Shown in pieces: positions 35,784-49,808 of a stretch of DNA of 64,000 nucleotides. Source of the DNA: Pristiophorus japonicus (lineage: Eukaryota); contig NC_091991.1 in assembly GCF_044704955.1 (NCBI RefSeq), positions 114,886,001-114,950,000 on the forward strand, given 5' to 3'. A program made the position numbers and the translations under genes. The notes below the pieces were generated by a model that did not search any database, was not told where the DNA came from, and worked only from the letters and a program-made list of their open reading frames with translations. Within the stretch, counting starts at the first letter, position 1. Every line of letters starts with the position of its first letter.

Positions 35784-38700
35784 TGTTATGTATGAATAAG
35801 GAGTCTGACTGGATACTGTGAGCTCAAAGTAAAGTGTGACTTTAGTCTTTTATTGCAGGTCTCCAGAGTGCCTCTCCAGCCTGTGAGGCCTCCTTAAATA
35901 CCTGTGCTCCCAAGGGATTGTGGGATCCCTTGGGTCTCCAGGGGATGAGCCCTCTGGTGGCTACAAAAGGTATATCCAGGTTTACATATATAACAACCCT
36001 CCCCCCCAAAGTCAACAGTGTAACTATTTACAAGGTGAGTCGATCGGGGGCCTTTCTTTCCCTGGTTGATCGTCTCGGTGAAAATGCTGGTTTTGGTGAA
36101 TCATTTGTTGGGCCCTCGCTGGCTTGCTGTGCAGCTGGCCTTGCTGGGCTGCCTGGTGAGGTGAGTCCTGCTGAGCTGCTGTGGGTGATCGGTTCTGCTT
36201 CGTGGCTAACCGCAGTGTTGGTTGCCACTGGTGTGTATGTTGGGGGGTCAAAGAAGGTAGGGTACAAAGTGGGTTGCTCAGGATAGTCTGTGAATCTGAG
36301 TTTGATTTGGTCCAAGTATTTCCGGTGAATTAGTCCATTTGAAAGTTTGGCCCGAAACACCCTGCTCCCCTCTTTGGCCACAATAGTGCTGGGAAGCCAC
36401 TTGGGACCTTGTCCATAGTTCAACACAAATACAGGATCATTGATTTCAATTTCGTGTGACACATTTGTGCTATCATGATATGTACTTTGTTGAATCCGCC
36501 TGCTCTTTACCTGTTCATGTAGATCAGGGTGAATAATGAGAGCCTTGTCTTAAATGCCCTTTTCATGAGCAGTTCAGCAGGTGGAATCCCAGTAAGCGAG
36601 TGGGGTCTCGTGCGGTAGCTAAGCAGAACTCGGGATAGGCGCGTCTGCAGTGAACCTTCAGTTACCCTCTTCAAGCCCTGCTTGATAGTTTGCACTGCTC
36701 TCTCTGCCTGACCATTGGATGCTGGTTTGAACGGGGCAGATGTAACATGTTTGATCCCATTGCAGGTCATGAACTCTTTGAACTCGGCACTGGTGAAACA
36801 TGGCCCGTTGTCGCTCACAAGGACATCAGGCAGTCCGTGCATGGCAAACATGGCCCGCAGGCTTTCAGTGGTGGCAACGGACGTCCTTGCTGACATTATC
36901 TCATATTCAATCCATTTGGAGTACGCATCTACAACCACAAGGAACATTTTACCCAAAAACGGGACTGCATAGTCAACATGGACCCTGGACCATGGTTTGG
37001 AGGGCCAAGACCATAAACTTAGTGGCGCCTCCCTGGGTGCGTTGCTTAACTGTGAGCATGTGTTACATTTGTGCATGCAGGACTCTAAGTCCGCATCGAT
37101 ACCGGGCCACCACGTGTGGGATCTGGCTATCACTTTCATCATTACAATGCCTGGGTGAGTACTGTGGAGGTCCCTTCTTGGGGACCACTACTTGATTGCC
37201 TCACAGAAGGCAGTCTGCCTGTATAGACATTTCATCTTTGCGCCCCTGGTACGGCTTTATCTCTTCCTGCATTTCCACTGGGACACTGGACCAGCTCCCT
37301 TGAAGCACACCATTTTTTACTAGGGACAGTAAGGGGTTCTGGCTCATCCAGGTTCTAATCTGTTGGGCTATGACAGGTGATTGCTCACTCTCGAATGCTT
37401 CCATAACCATGACTAAATCTGTGGGCTGTGCCATTTCCACCCTCCTGGTGGCCAAATGCAGCCTACTGAGAGCATCGGCACAGTTTTCTGTGCCTGGCCT
37501 GTGGCAGATGGCGTAGTTGTATGCGGACGTGAGTGCCCATCTCTGGATGCGGGCCGATGCATTCGTATTTATCCCCTTACTTTCAGAAAAAAGGGATATC
37601 AGTGGCTTATGGTCTGTTTCCAATTCAAATTTGAGCCCAAACAGATATTGATGCATTTTCTTTACCCCATAAACATAAGCTAACGCTTCTTTTTCAATCA
37701 TGCTGTAGACTCTCTCAGCCTTAGACAGACTTCTGGATGCATAAGCAACTGGTTGCAATTTCCCAGATCCATTAGCTTGTTGCAATACACACCCGATGCC
37801 GTACAACGACGCATCACATGCCAGTACCAAACGCTTAAATGGATCATACAACACAAGCAATTTGTTTGAGCATAACAATTTTCTAGCTTTTACAAAGGCA
37901 TTTTCTTGGCTTTTGCCCCATACGCGTTCATCTCCTTTACGCAGTAAGACGTGCAGTGGTTCTAACAGTGTGCTGAGACCCGGTAAGAAGTTACAAGAGT
38001 AGTTCAGGAGTCCTAGAAACGACCACAGCTCCATCACGTTGTGTGGCCTCGGTGCGTTCTCGATAGCCTCCGTCTTCGAATCGGTGGGCCTGATGCCATC
38101 CGCCGCAATTCTTCTCCCCAGGAACTCCACTTCAGGCGCTAGGAAAACGCACTTCGAGTGTTTTAACCTGAGCTCCATGCAGCTGAGTCGACTAAGAACC
38201 TTCTCCAGGTTCTGCAGATGCTCGACTGTAACCAAGATGTCATCCTGGAAGACCATTGTGCGCGGGACCTACTTCAGTAAGCTTTCCATGTTTCTCTGGA
38301 ATATCGGCGCGGTTGATCAAATCCCAAATGGGCATCTGTTGTAAATGAAGAGACCTTTGTGCATGTTGATACAGGTGAGGCCCTTCGATGATTCTTCCAG
38401 GTCCTGCGTCACGTTGGCCAAGGTCAAGTTCAGCTTCGTGAATGTCTTTCCTCCTGCCAGCGTCGCAAAGATGTCATCAGCCTTTGGTAGTGGGTATTGA
38501 TCCTGCACGGAGAAACGATTGATAGTTACTTTGTAATCACCACAGATTCTGACGGTGCCATCTCCCTTGAGGACTAGAACAATCAGACTGGCCCACTCAT
38601 TGAATTCGATCGGCGAAATGATGCCCTCTCATTGCAGCCGGTCCTTTCTCTCATCATGTACGGTACTGCTCTCGCCTTGTGATGGATGGGTCGCGCCCCC

Positions 38701-41287
38701 GGAATTAGGTGGATCTGCACTTTTGCTCCTTGGAACTTCCTGATGCCTGGTTCAGACAGGCCTGGGCACACGAAGTGTCGTCAGCGGATGAGAATGCTCG
38801 GACGTCGTCCCAGCTCCAGCGTATCTTTCCCAGCCAGCTCCTGCTGAGCAGCGTGAGACCATCGCCTGGTACCACCCAGAGTGGTAGCTTGTGCACTGCT
38901 CCATCGTAGGAGACCTTTACAATAGCACTGCCGATTACGGGAATCAGTTCCTTTGTGTAAGTTCTCAGTTTCGTGCGAATGGGTGTCAAGACTGGCCTTG
39001 AGGCCTTGCTGCACCACAATTTATCAAAAGTCTTTTTGCTCATTATGGACTGGCTCGCGTCCGTGTCCAGCTCCATTGACACCGGGAGTCCATTTAATTC
39101 AACCTTCAGCATTATCGGGGGACACTTTTTGGTAAATGTGTGCACCCCATATACCTCTGCCTCCTCGGTATGAGACTCTGGTTCATCATGATCTGCCGTG
39201 GATCTGTCCTCCTCTGCAACATGGTGGTTTGCAGGGTTAACAGGGTTTGCAGCTCACCTGCACATACGTTGGAGGTGTCCCACTGTTCCACAGCCCTTGC
39301 AAACGTACCCTTTGAAGCGGCATGAATGGAAATGATGATCACCTCCCCCCCCCACAGCGCCAACAAGGTGTTAATAGCCTTGCATTCATCACCCTTGATG
39401 GTGGACTCTGAGACATCTGCAGACATGCAGCTGCAGGCATGTAGGGCCTGCCCTGTACATTGCGATTTGAAAACAACATCACTTTGTTCACAGTACTTGT
39501 AGCAGCACTCGTGTGCTGAGAGATTTGCTTAGAATTGTCACTGGTGGCAATGAACGCCTGGGCTATCGCTATGGCTTTACTCAAGGTTGGGGTCTCTACA
39601 ATCAAAAGTTTACGAAGTATCACTTCATGGCCAATGCCAAGTCCGATGAAGTCTCTGAGCATGTGCTCCAAATGACCTTCAAATTCGCAATGTCCTGCAA
39701 GGTGTCTTAACTCGGCGACATAACTCGCCCCTTCCAGGCCTTCAGACCTTTTGTAGGTGTAGAACCGGTACCTCGCCATCAGAATGCTTTCCTTCGGGTT
39801 CAGATGCTCCTGGACCATTGTGCACAAATCATCGTATGATTTCTCTGTGGGTTTCGCTGGAGCAAACAGATTTTTCATGAGGCCATACGTTGGCATCCCG
39901 CAGACGGTGAGGAGAATCGCCCTTCGTTTGGCAGCATTTGCTTCTCCTTCCAGCTTGTTGGCCACGAAGTATTGGTCGAGTCGCTCCATGAAGGTTTCTC
40001 AATCATCTCCCTCCGAGAATTTCTCTAGGATGCCCACTGTTCTCCGCATCGTTGGGTTCATCAGCTGCATCTTGTCGCCAGTTGTTATGTATGAATTAAG
40101 AGTCTGACTGGATACTGTGAGCTCAAAGTAAAGCGTGACTGTAGTCTTTTATTTGCAGGTCTCCAGAGTGCCTCTCCAGCCTGTGAGGCCTCCTTCAGTA
40201 CCTGTGCTCCCAAGGGATTGTGGGATCCTTTGGGACTCCAGGGGATGAGCCCTCTGGTGGCTACACAATATACAATATACATCAATATACAATATACATC
40301 AATAAATTTGATGAAGGAATTGAGTGTAATATCTCCAAGTTTGCAGATGACACTAAGCTGGGTGGCGGTGTGAGCTATGAGGAGGATGCTAAGAGGCTGC
40401 AGGGTAACTTGGACAGGTTGAGTGGGCAAATACATGGCAGATACAGTATAATGTGGATAAATGTGAGGTTATCCACTTTGGTGGCAAAAACACGAAGGCA
40501 GAATATTATCTGAATGGCAGCAGATTAGGAAAAGGGGAGGTGCAACGAGACCTGGGTGTCATGGTACATCAGTCATTGAAAGTTGGCACACCAGGTACAG
40601 CAGGCGGTGAAGAAGGCAAATGGTGTATTGGCTTTCATAGCTAGGGGATTTGAGTATAGGAGCAGGGAGGTCTTATTGCAGTTGTACAGGGCCTTGGTGA
40701 GGCCTCACCTGGAATATTGTGTTCAGTTTTGGTCTCCTAATCTGAGGAAGGACATTCTTGCTATTGAGGGAGTGCAGCGAAGGTTCACCAGACTGATTCC
40801 CGGGATGGCAGGACTGACATATGAGGAGAGACTGGATCGACTGGGCCTGTATTCACTGGAGTTTAGAAGAATGAGAGGGGATCTCATAGAAACATAAAAA
40901 ATTCTGACAGGACTGGACAGGTTAGATGCAGGAAGAATGTTCCCGATGTTGGGGAAGTCCAGAACCAGGGGACACAATCTAAGGATAAGGGGTAAGCCAT
41001 TTAGGACTGAGATGAGGAGAAACTTCTTCACTCAGAGAGTTGTTAACCTGTGGAATTCTCTATCGCAAAGAGTTGTTGAGTTTGTTGGATATATTCAAGA
41101 AGGAGTTAGATATGGCCCTTATGGCTAAAGGGATCAAGGGGTATGGAGAGAAAGCAGGAAAGGAGTACTGAGGTGAATGATCAGCCTTGATCTTATTGAA
41201 TGGTGGTGCAAGCTCGAAGGGCCGAATGGCCTACTCCTGCACCTATTTTCTATGTTTCTATGTATATACAGGTTTACATATATAACA
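35784..41287 (-). mobile_element. Gypsy (Mag-like) LTR retrotransposon, disabled; 5' LTR split by a CR1
   Basis: 3' LTR 35784-35995; 5' LTR 40083-40268 plus 41263-41287; TSD TTTAC/TTTAT; PBS TGGCGACAAG; gag 39339-39989, PR, RT/RH 37201-38256, IN 36507-37142. Confidence 0.95.
40270..41262 (+). mobile_element. 5'-truncated CR1 inserted in a Gypsy LTR
   Basis: RT C-terminal fragments ([15 protein letters not shown]) and a TTTCTATG tail. Confidence 0.93.
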
Positions 41288-41524
41288 TTTATGTTATATG
41301 GAATAGTTGTAATAAATTATTTATTTGTCACACTTTGCAGACATTGCCAATTGTGTGTGTTCAAATGGAAGTGGCAGGGTGAACGGTCAGGGCTGATTTC
41401 ACATCCACCAATGGTGATGAGAGTGAAAAGGGACTAGTTATTGCTTGACTGCTCTATGGTGTTGGTGTGGGGTGATGCCAACCTGCGCACGCCTGTGGCA
41501 GCCACATGTCTGAGCTGCATAAAG

Positions 41525-42693
41525 TTAGTTAAATCTGGCATTGATTAGGACATCCCTGGCGTGACGGGCAGCAAGGTGCTCACATACTGGTCGCAATGGC
41601 ACCTCCAGCTCCCCCAGATCTTCCTCATCCTCGATTTCAACCTCATGGTGCTCCTCCTCATCCTCCGATGAGGCTTTGTGCTCTGCGCCATCTTGCTCAT
41701 CCAGCGCTAATCCTCCCTGCTGCGCTATGTTGTGCAGGGTGCAGCAGACTATGACTATTCTGGAGACCCCAGCGTACTGAGGGGCTCCTCCAGATCTGTT
41801 GAGGCATCTGAAGTGGATTTTCAGCAAGCCTCTTGCTTGTTCTATGATACTTCTTGTTAAAATGTAGCTTTGATTATAACAGCCCTCAGCCTTGTTTCTT
41901 GGCCTCCTCAAAGGTGTTATGAGCCACGTCTTCAGGGGATAGCCCTTGTCTCCAAGCAGTCAGCCAGAAAGACTGTTTGTTGGTGCAAATAGCTGAGGGA
42001 TGGTGGAGTGACGCAGAATGCAAGAGTCATGAGAGCTGCCAGGGAACTTGGTGCACACATATATTGATAATCTTCGTGTGATTGCAGACCAGCTGCACGT
42101 TGAGGGAGTGTAAACCCTTGTGGTTAACAAATACTACTGGGTTCTGATGGGGTGCCCTGATGGTCACATGTGTGCAGTTGATGATGCCCTGCAAAGCCGA
42201 ATGCCAGCTCATTGACACTGACTTCATCAGTGGCAAAGTGGATATAATTGGCGGATTTCTTAAAGAGGGCATCAGTGACCTGTGTGATGCATTTATGGGC
42301 AGCCGAATGTGAAATGCTGCAAATGTCTTCTGCAGATGCCTGGAAGGAGCCTGAGATGAAGAAGTTAACTTTGACAGCCACTGGTAAAGCGTGTTCACCC
42401 CTTCCTCTGAGCTGCAGGTCTTGCTCCAGCAATCCGCAAATGTCAGCGATGACCTGGTATAGTATCCAGAGCCTCCTTTGGCACTGCTGCTCGTCATGTT
42501 GAGGACTCTGCCCTATGTTGGGGGTATCACCTCCGGCATGGTACAGCCCTGCGCTAATGCCCTCTGCCCTGTGCAGCGTCAGGTGGTTCAGAAGGTTGGC
42601 ATGCTTGTTGTTACTGCTGTTGGTGTGGCTGGTTCTACTGATGCTGCTGTGGCTGATTGTCATCAGATTTTGAGGACCAAGGTGAGGGAACAT
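41525..42693 (-). pseudogene. Harbinger (HARBI1-like) DDE transposase, frameshifted
   Basis: SGSFQ, INCTHV (degenerate IDCTH), [14 protein letters not shown] near 41940, IEQARGLLK and CCTLHN. Confidence 0.88.
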
Positions 42694-43619
42694 AAATTGT
42701 TCCCATTCTGATGTTAGATATGGCAGATGAGGTTAAGATGACAGAAGCAATCTGTCAATGGTGAAATATGTTGTTCCAAGGAGGTGACAGTGAATAGAGA
42801 GTTTACTCCAAACACTTCCAAACTGCATAAAGCTGAAAAGTCTCTTCCAATTCCTGAAGGCTCCAGCTTCTAAGATTGGAAAATGAACAGCTGTGAAATG
42901 GTATCATTTATACCACTTTTGCAGCTGTCACCTATTCAAAGCAATGGAGAGTTGTTGAAAACCCAACATACTTACCTGACATGATCCCGAACGATGTGAA
43001 CCCTGTGAAAAAGTTAGGAAAATGGTTAGTAGGTGGTAAAATGCTGTTCAACTACCTTTAAACATCCGTTAAAATGCAGGCAGATCCAGCACTTGGGAAA
43101 CTTACATGGAGGCGGATTCAGAGTGGGAAACCGCCCCGCTGTCAATCTTTTAGATTTTGATGGTGGACCTGCCTCTGAACCCACCCTCTGAGCGCCGGCA
43201 AGATCCTGCTAATAAACACACACACACACACACCAGTATGCAGTTCTATTAACTACACAGACTCCCGCTATCCAGTTCTATTTAACACACACACTCCCTC
43301 ATATCCTGTTCTATTTAATACAGGCTCTGATCAATTATTGAAAACTATTTTCTGTCACCACATTGATAAATATGTTGATGGTTCAAAGACCCTTCCCACC
43401 CTCCTAATTTCCTGATGGGCCTCTTCATATTAAATGAATCAATACTCAATGGTTTCATGTAAGATGGACCGCTAACTAACCCTGTTTAGAAACATGGGGT
43501 TGCCAAGGTGATGGGTGTTAGTGCAACAAGTTGGGCCAACACCGGCCACTGTTGGTATAATTTATAATGGTTTTGACACGGTTGCCACATTAACAGGTGT
43601 GTGGTTGTCACAGAGATAG

Positions 43620-44100
43620 TTGTTAGTGAGACAAACTAGTCGGGGTAGTCAGTGAAGGAATCGGACAGGCCAAGATAGTCACAGTAGGGAAGGGGTAGTC
43701 AATAAAGGGATGGGACAGACCGGGATCATCAGTGAAGGGATGGGACAGACCGGGATCATCACTGAAGGGATGGGACAGACCAGGATCATCAGTGAAGAGA
43801 TGGGACAGACTATGACAGTCACAGTAGGGAAGGGGTAGTCAGTGAAGGGATGCGACAGATCAGGATAGTCAGTGAAATGATGGGACAGACCGAGATAGTC
43901 AGTGAAGGGTTGGGACAGACCGAAATACTCAGTGAAGGGATGGGACTGACTACGACAGTCACAGTAGGAAAGGGGTAGTCAGTGAAGGGTTGGGACAGAC
44001 CAGGATACTCAGTGAAGGGATGGGAGAGACCGGGATAGTCCGTGAAGGGATGGACTGACTGGGATAGTCAATGAAGGAATGGACTGACTGGGATAGTCAC
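43620..44100. repeat. 30-bp minisatellite (agtcagtgaagggatgggacagaccgggat) with interspersed 20-bp variant units
   Basis: More than ten copies; the variant unit cacagtagggaaggggtagt recurs three times. Confidence 0.9.
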
Positions 44101-44146
44101 AAAACACAGCCATAGAATGAAACATGGATGGAGAAAGAGTGACAGT

Positions 44147-45781
44147 GGCCACGATTTCTGCTACCAGGCCAGGAGCGAGGCGGCCAGGGTCTGTAGCGCT
44201 TGTCCCGGCCTGCTGCTGGTTCCATCCTGCTCTGTTGAAGTGATTATACCTTGGTGGGGCTTGTTAAGTCCACCCAGTGAGGTGCCCGGCCAATTAAAGA
44301 AAGCGGGTCTGATGATGTCATTTGATGATGCGCCATCATCCGGTTTCCTTAAAGGGACCATGTCCACATTGATTTTGACAGTGGTGCTCTCAAGTGTTCT
44401 ACAGCATTGAGGTGCTGCAAACACTGACAAGCACTGCACAAAGGTGCACGGCTGCAGTCACTAATGCTTATGGAGAGTCACAGCACGTAGGGAGGTTCTC
44501 TTCCCTTCCAATGGGTGGAAAGGACTATCCCAGGAGTCCAACGCAGCCTGGTTGCACATTGTCAGGAGGACCTGGCTGCAGTGGCGCAAACCTTTCAATG
44601 ATCTCAGTAGGTCACAAAACATTACTGCAAAGCCACTCAACCTCATCCTATTGTCCCACTCATCACATCCCCATCACTTTGCCTTCCCTACCCTACCCGT
44701 GTACATCCTTACTCATACCAACTTGCCTTGCACTTCACCCATCCCTCTCTCTCTAGTTACATTATCCCTTCCCCATCTCACTAGCCACCCCTCTTCCTTG
44801 TCCAATCATACCAACTAACAATACACAAGGGTAGGCAGTTGGGTCTTTTAGCCAATGTTCATATAAAGTTTCAGCTAATGTGTTGTCAAACATTGAAACC
44901 TTTATTTTCAACACTTTGCATTCTTGTTGATTTGTGTGCACCTTTGGAAGTGGCTTAGTGAGTTGCAGTGAATGCTGAGACATAAGGGTTCCCCCCTTTG
45001 GTCATTGTAGGGAAGCTTTATAGTGCTGGTGTGGGGTAGCCAGGGTATACAGCGTCAAGTGAAGTAAAACTGGCCATGGTGAGGCCATCTCTGGCCTCTC
45101 GGGCAGCAATGTGGTCAGGTGCTGATGCCCTGTGTCTTGTTGATTGCGGAAAAGGTTGGCGTTGTTGTTGGTGCTGCTGGTGTGCCTGGTGATGTTGGTG
45201 TTGGAGCTGATCGTGATGGGAACCTGAGGACCAAGGGGAGATTTTTTCAAGGGCACTGATGCTGATGGAATAGATGGCAGGTGAGGTTAAAATGACAGAA
45301 GCGATCTTTTAATGGTGAGACTGTTCCAAGGAGGTGAGAGTGGATAGAGAATTTACTCCAAACATTTTCAACCTGCATAAAGCTCAAATGTGTCTTGCAA
45401 ATCCAGAAAGCTCCAGCTTCTAAGATTGGAAAGTGAACAGCTGTGAAATAGTAGCTTTTATACATTTGCAGCTGTCAACTATTCAGAAAACTGGATACCG
45501 ATGGAACACCCGACCTACTTACCTGACGTGATCCCCGAGCACCATGAACCTCGTGAAAAAGCTGAAAAAATAATAAGTGCAAGGCTAAATGATGTTTAAT
45601 TGGTTTTTAACTACTTCTTATTAATCTAAATTGCCTTCCCCGGCACATGATGTCGGGTCTATTAAACGCCAACAGACCCGACACATGGGAGATTAGCGTG
45701 GACGCGGGTTGGTCAATCATTTCTATTTTGAACCTGACTAACCTCCAATATCGCCCTCTCAGCACCGGTAAAATTCGGGCC
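44147..45781. mobile_element. Internally deleted non-autonomous Harbinger related to 33617-43210
   Basis: TIR-like GGCCACGATTT / AAATTCGGGCC. The 5' part parallels 33700-34400 (Myb remnant QWRKPFNDL) and the 3' part parallels 42600-43070. Confidence 0.78.
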
Positions 45782-46599
45782 TGTGACAGACACAGGAGGA
45801 AGAGAGACAGACTCAGAGAAAGGATGCCAGACACAGGCAGAAACAAATAGTGATGCAAGCAAAATATAATGGGATGCCAAGGCATCTGCTGCTAATGGAT
45901 TCAATGCCATTTGTTGCCCATTTTTATTAATTTACATTATAATTTGAGGATGATTCGAAGATGGTGATTTGTGCAGATTGGCTAATACGATTTTGGATAT
46001 AATTTATATTTTTGTAATTTGCTGGGTGTTCTGTCTGAATGCAGCACTTAATGGTGCTTAATTAGATTTATTTATACATTAACATTTCTATAGATGTGAC
46101 TGGTGTGTGATTTATTATGTTAAGCAGTGGGAGATTGATTCTGACAAACTCAGACATGGGGGTTTGTTTAGGTTTTTGTCACCAGTTTTTGCTCTTCCCT
46201 TTCCTGAAGATTCTGACTCTGACAGGGGTACTGCTCCAAGGTGCCCCTCCCCCTTCCAAATGGTGCATTTGTTTTACGTATGCAACAAATGTATGTGTCG
46301 GTTATGTTTATGTATTAGCAAATGTGTTTGTGTATGTTTGTGCATCTGTATAACTGAGTATGTGTGTGTATGTCTCTGTGTACGTGCATACTTTTTTATG
46401 TGTGTGTATATCTATAGGACAGAGAGGCAGGGATAAATCATCCAGTCCCTAATTGCTCATTTAATTTGTGGAACCCTGTGTGATAATAGTATGAGATTTG
46501 AGAATCAGATCACACATTTTTGCAAAATTCACATGAAGGACACGAGGGTGATTCAATGACTTAAACAGTTATGGCTCAGAATGTCTTCACTCTTAATGA

Positions 46600-48566
46600 T
46601 ACCATCCATCAGTATTTGTCTGCTACTCACTTCACAAGTAAGCAAGAGCAAATAGTGGTGGCAGGGACAGCAGTGGAAAGTTCGCAACGGAAGGCGCAGC
46701 CTTCTTCAAGCTCTGCTCAGTTGGACACAGATACTGCACCCCGGGAGCTGTCGATGTAAAGGATAATCATTGAGCAGCAACAGAAAACATGCAATGCACT
46801 GATAGGCCTTCCAAGCGCACTCACGTTTGAAGAGAGAATGGAGGAGTCCGCATCCAGCGTAAGTGGGTTGATGTCACAGGCCATTGAGATGATGTGTTCT
46901 TCCATGGACAGAGTGGCCAGCACCATGGAACATCAAACACTGCAATCATATGAGTCCATGCACGCCTTGACCAGACTGAATGCCAACAGTCTGCCACCTT
47001 AAATAGGATGACAAATACCTTAGCTGTGGCCTACATTGCTGCACTGATCTGCACCAAAGTGATCTTCAGCAGTGGTAGCAGTGAAATATGGCTGTGCCAT
47101 GAGAGGGATGATGGCAAAACGGGACATGGAAGTGGGGACTCCACTGAAAGCACTTCCACTTCTCACCCATTTCTACCGTTCCCCACCCAGTACCCAACAG
47201 TCTGCCTTGTCTCCCGATGGCCGAGTCTACACCTATAGTACAGTCTTTGGCGGGTCCCTTATGGGCTCCAAAACCCAGTACTATTCTGGACACCCTGGGT
47301 GGTGCATACTGAGGGGTGTCTCCAGATCTGGCTCGGCACCTGAAGCGCATCATCAGCATGCTGATGGCTTGTTTATTCACATATCTGGTAGCCATATGGC
47401 ATTCGCTGTAGTGCTGTTTGGCTTCATGGGTCGGGTTTCTAATGGTTGTCATCAGCCAAGTTTGAAGTGGGTAACCCTCGTCTCCTCGCAGCCACCCCTT
47501 AAGTGTGCTTTCAGATTCAAAGACATCAGGGAGCTTGGACTGCCACAGCACGAGAGCAGCATGGCAGCTCCTCGGGAATCTTGCACATACCTGCAGAAAT
47601 ATATTTTTTGTGGTTGCACACCAGCTGCACATTGATGGAGTGGAAGTCCTGGCAGTTGAGAAGTACTCCTTGTTGGTCTGGGAGTGCCAGGATTGCCACA
47701 TGTATGCAGTCGATGACACCCTGCACCTGTAGGAAACCAGCCAGAGATGCAAATCCAATGCCCGCTCATTCTGATTGGCATCAACAGCGAAGTTCACATA
47801 ATTGCCGGTTTTATGCATTTGTGGGCCATCGACTGGGAGATACTGAATATGTCTCCGGCAGAGCCCTGGAAGGATCCGGAGGCAAAAAAATTGAGGGTGC
47901 TGGTCATTTTGACAGCCACTGGTAACGCATGGACACCAGGTCCAGCAGGCATTTGTCTAGGAGGCTGCAGATGTCCATCATCACCTGACGCGATAATCTG
48001 AGCCTCCGGAAACACTGCTGTTCGGACATTTCAGGGTAACTCAACCTCTATCTGTAGTCCCTGTGTCTTGGGTAGTGCCCCCTGTGAGTTGTACGTACTA
48101 GTCCTCATCCGAGGTCCAATCTAAGGCAGCCAAAGTGCCACCCATCCTGATGTGATTCAGAAATCCTCCAAAATGTAGAAAGTAAACTCTCAGCAAAAGT
48201 TAATTGAACAAATCCTTTCCCATTAGCAGGTAAGAAGGCAGGTGTGGGTACTGAAAATGCAGTATTTCCATGAGATTGAATCAGCCCCCTCGGTGCCATT
48301 GCCTCGCCTTGCTTCTGCTGGAAGTTTCAGGAAGTCCGGGAAATCTGTGGATGTGCCGTTAAATTTGAAAGTGAGTTGAAATCTCGCTTCAATTGAGCGA
48401 TTACCATATTAATCAGAACCTGCCTCTCCTGAACAGCCTAACGCGCTCGAGTTAAATGCGGACATCGGTGGGTTGGACCCGACTTCCTGATGTGCTGGCA
48501 TTTTCCCGGTTATAACCCCCCACCCGCACCCAGACCCACGCGCTGCTCCAGGTTAAAATTCCCCCC
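46600..48566. mobile_element. Partial Harbinger (Myb-gene 3' part +, transposase -, right end)
   Basis: Transposase fragments 47066-48015 (FFASGSFQ, QGVIDCIHV, GDEGYP); terminal AAAATTCCCCCC. Confidence 0.8.
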
Positions 48567-49808
48567 TTTAAGTCTGTAGAATGAGACTTAGATTCAAGAA
48601 CAAATATATTAATGCAAAATGATGAGCAATTCTACCAATTCCAGCCTGCTATTATGTTGCTACCACTCTGTATTAATATGAAGGCTTTTATTCGGTGTAA
48701 TCGACAGACTCTTGACTGGTATTGAGGCTCCCAGCACTTATGCGATTTAACTGGACACAGTGGGGCTTACATGAACAGGAGTGTCGAGTGCATCATCATG
48801 GAGACTGCTCATGGGGCTCGTACCATGTGCCAGAAGTCACATGAAGGTGAATTTATCCCGACTCTGTGCCAGTAGGGAAAGTTCCACATACTCCATAGTA
48901 TGATGGGCTGAATGGCCTTCTTGTGCTGTATGATTGGTGAATGATATTTGTGTTATATTCAAACATTAACATTTTTCAAAACACAATCTCTCTTTGCGCA
49001 CTTAACATCTAGTGAAATGCATCCTCGAGGACTGACTCCTGTCACTGTTGACCTCTGCTGCTCATCTGGTTCCTTCCAGTCGCTTCACTGGGCAGCAGTG
49101 GAAAGCGTCTAATGAGCATACCTAATAAATCTGGGGCTTCCTTGCATGTCAGTTGGCAGAATTGGTTTCTGCCGCTGGCAGTTCTAACAGTGACAGATGC
49201 CTTGTGAAATGAACCCTTGTGATTGATGGAAGAAGTGGTGGATGAAAACATGTTTTTACCCAGACAATCTATACACTGCACATGTAGAGAGCAGGAGTAA
49301 AAATACAGCAGGACAGGGAGGAGGCTCCAACGGCAAGTAACTGGGGGTGGGGAAAGAGATAGAAAATTAAAGAGAAAGGGAGAAAAATGCAGCTAAGAGG
49401 GAGGAACAGTCCCACCCATTACGTCTGGGATAAATTCACGCTCTTGAGTCACTCTTGTGTATTTTCTTTTACATCTAGCATGCATCCAAAGCCCTGCCCT
49501 GATGAACGGGTGTCTCGCAACTCAACGTTATTCCAGAGATAGTCAGATACAAGATAAAGGCTGCATAGAGGCTAGGAACATAAAAAGACCATTAGGTATA
49601 ACCAGCCTGGCCCTTATTGATGGATTGAAACCACTTACCGGTCTCCTCACCATATCCCTCAATCTCTTCTCTTCCATCTAATTGTCCCAAACTCATTTAC
49701 ACTGTCTGCTTCAATGTTCTTCCCTGGTAACTTACTCCAGAACTTTATCACTCTTCAGATCCCACAGGTGACTGCCTGACTTTCCATTCTAACTTTACAT
49801 TTGTAATG

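Larger units (their letters stand above)
33617..43210. mobile_element. PIF/Harbinger DNA transposon with convergent Myb/SANT-like gene (+) and transposase (-), interrupted by a Gypsy
   Basis: Myb-like ORF 33897-34163 (RAAPHFSD..NRKRFNDL); HARBI1-like transposase fragments 41525-42693; degenerate terminal sequences near 33617 and 43210 (ends approximate). Confidence 0.8.

Noticed and set aside
41525-42693. Domesticated host HARBI1 gene
   Set aside because: It is frameshifted, paired with a Myb-like gene inside a transposon structure, and has related copies nearby.
43620-44100. CRISPR-like or coding repeat
   Set aside because: It is a simple degenerate minisatellite with no spacers and no ORF.
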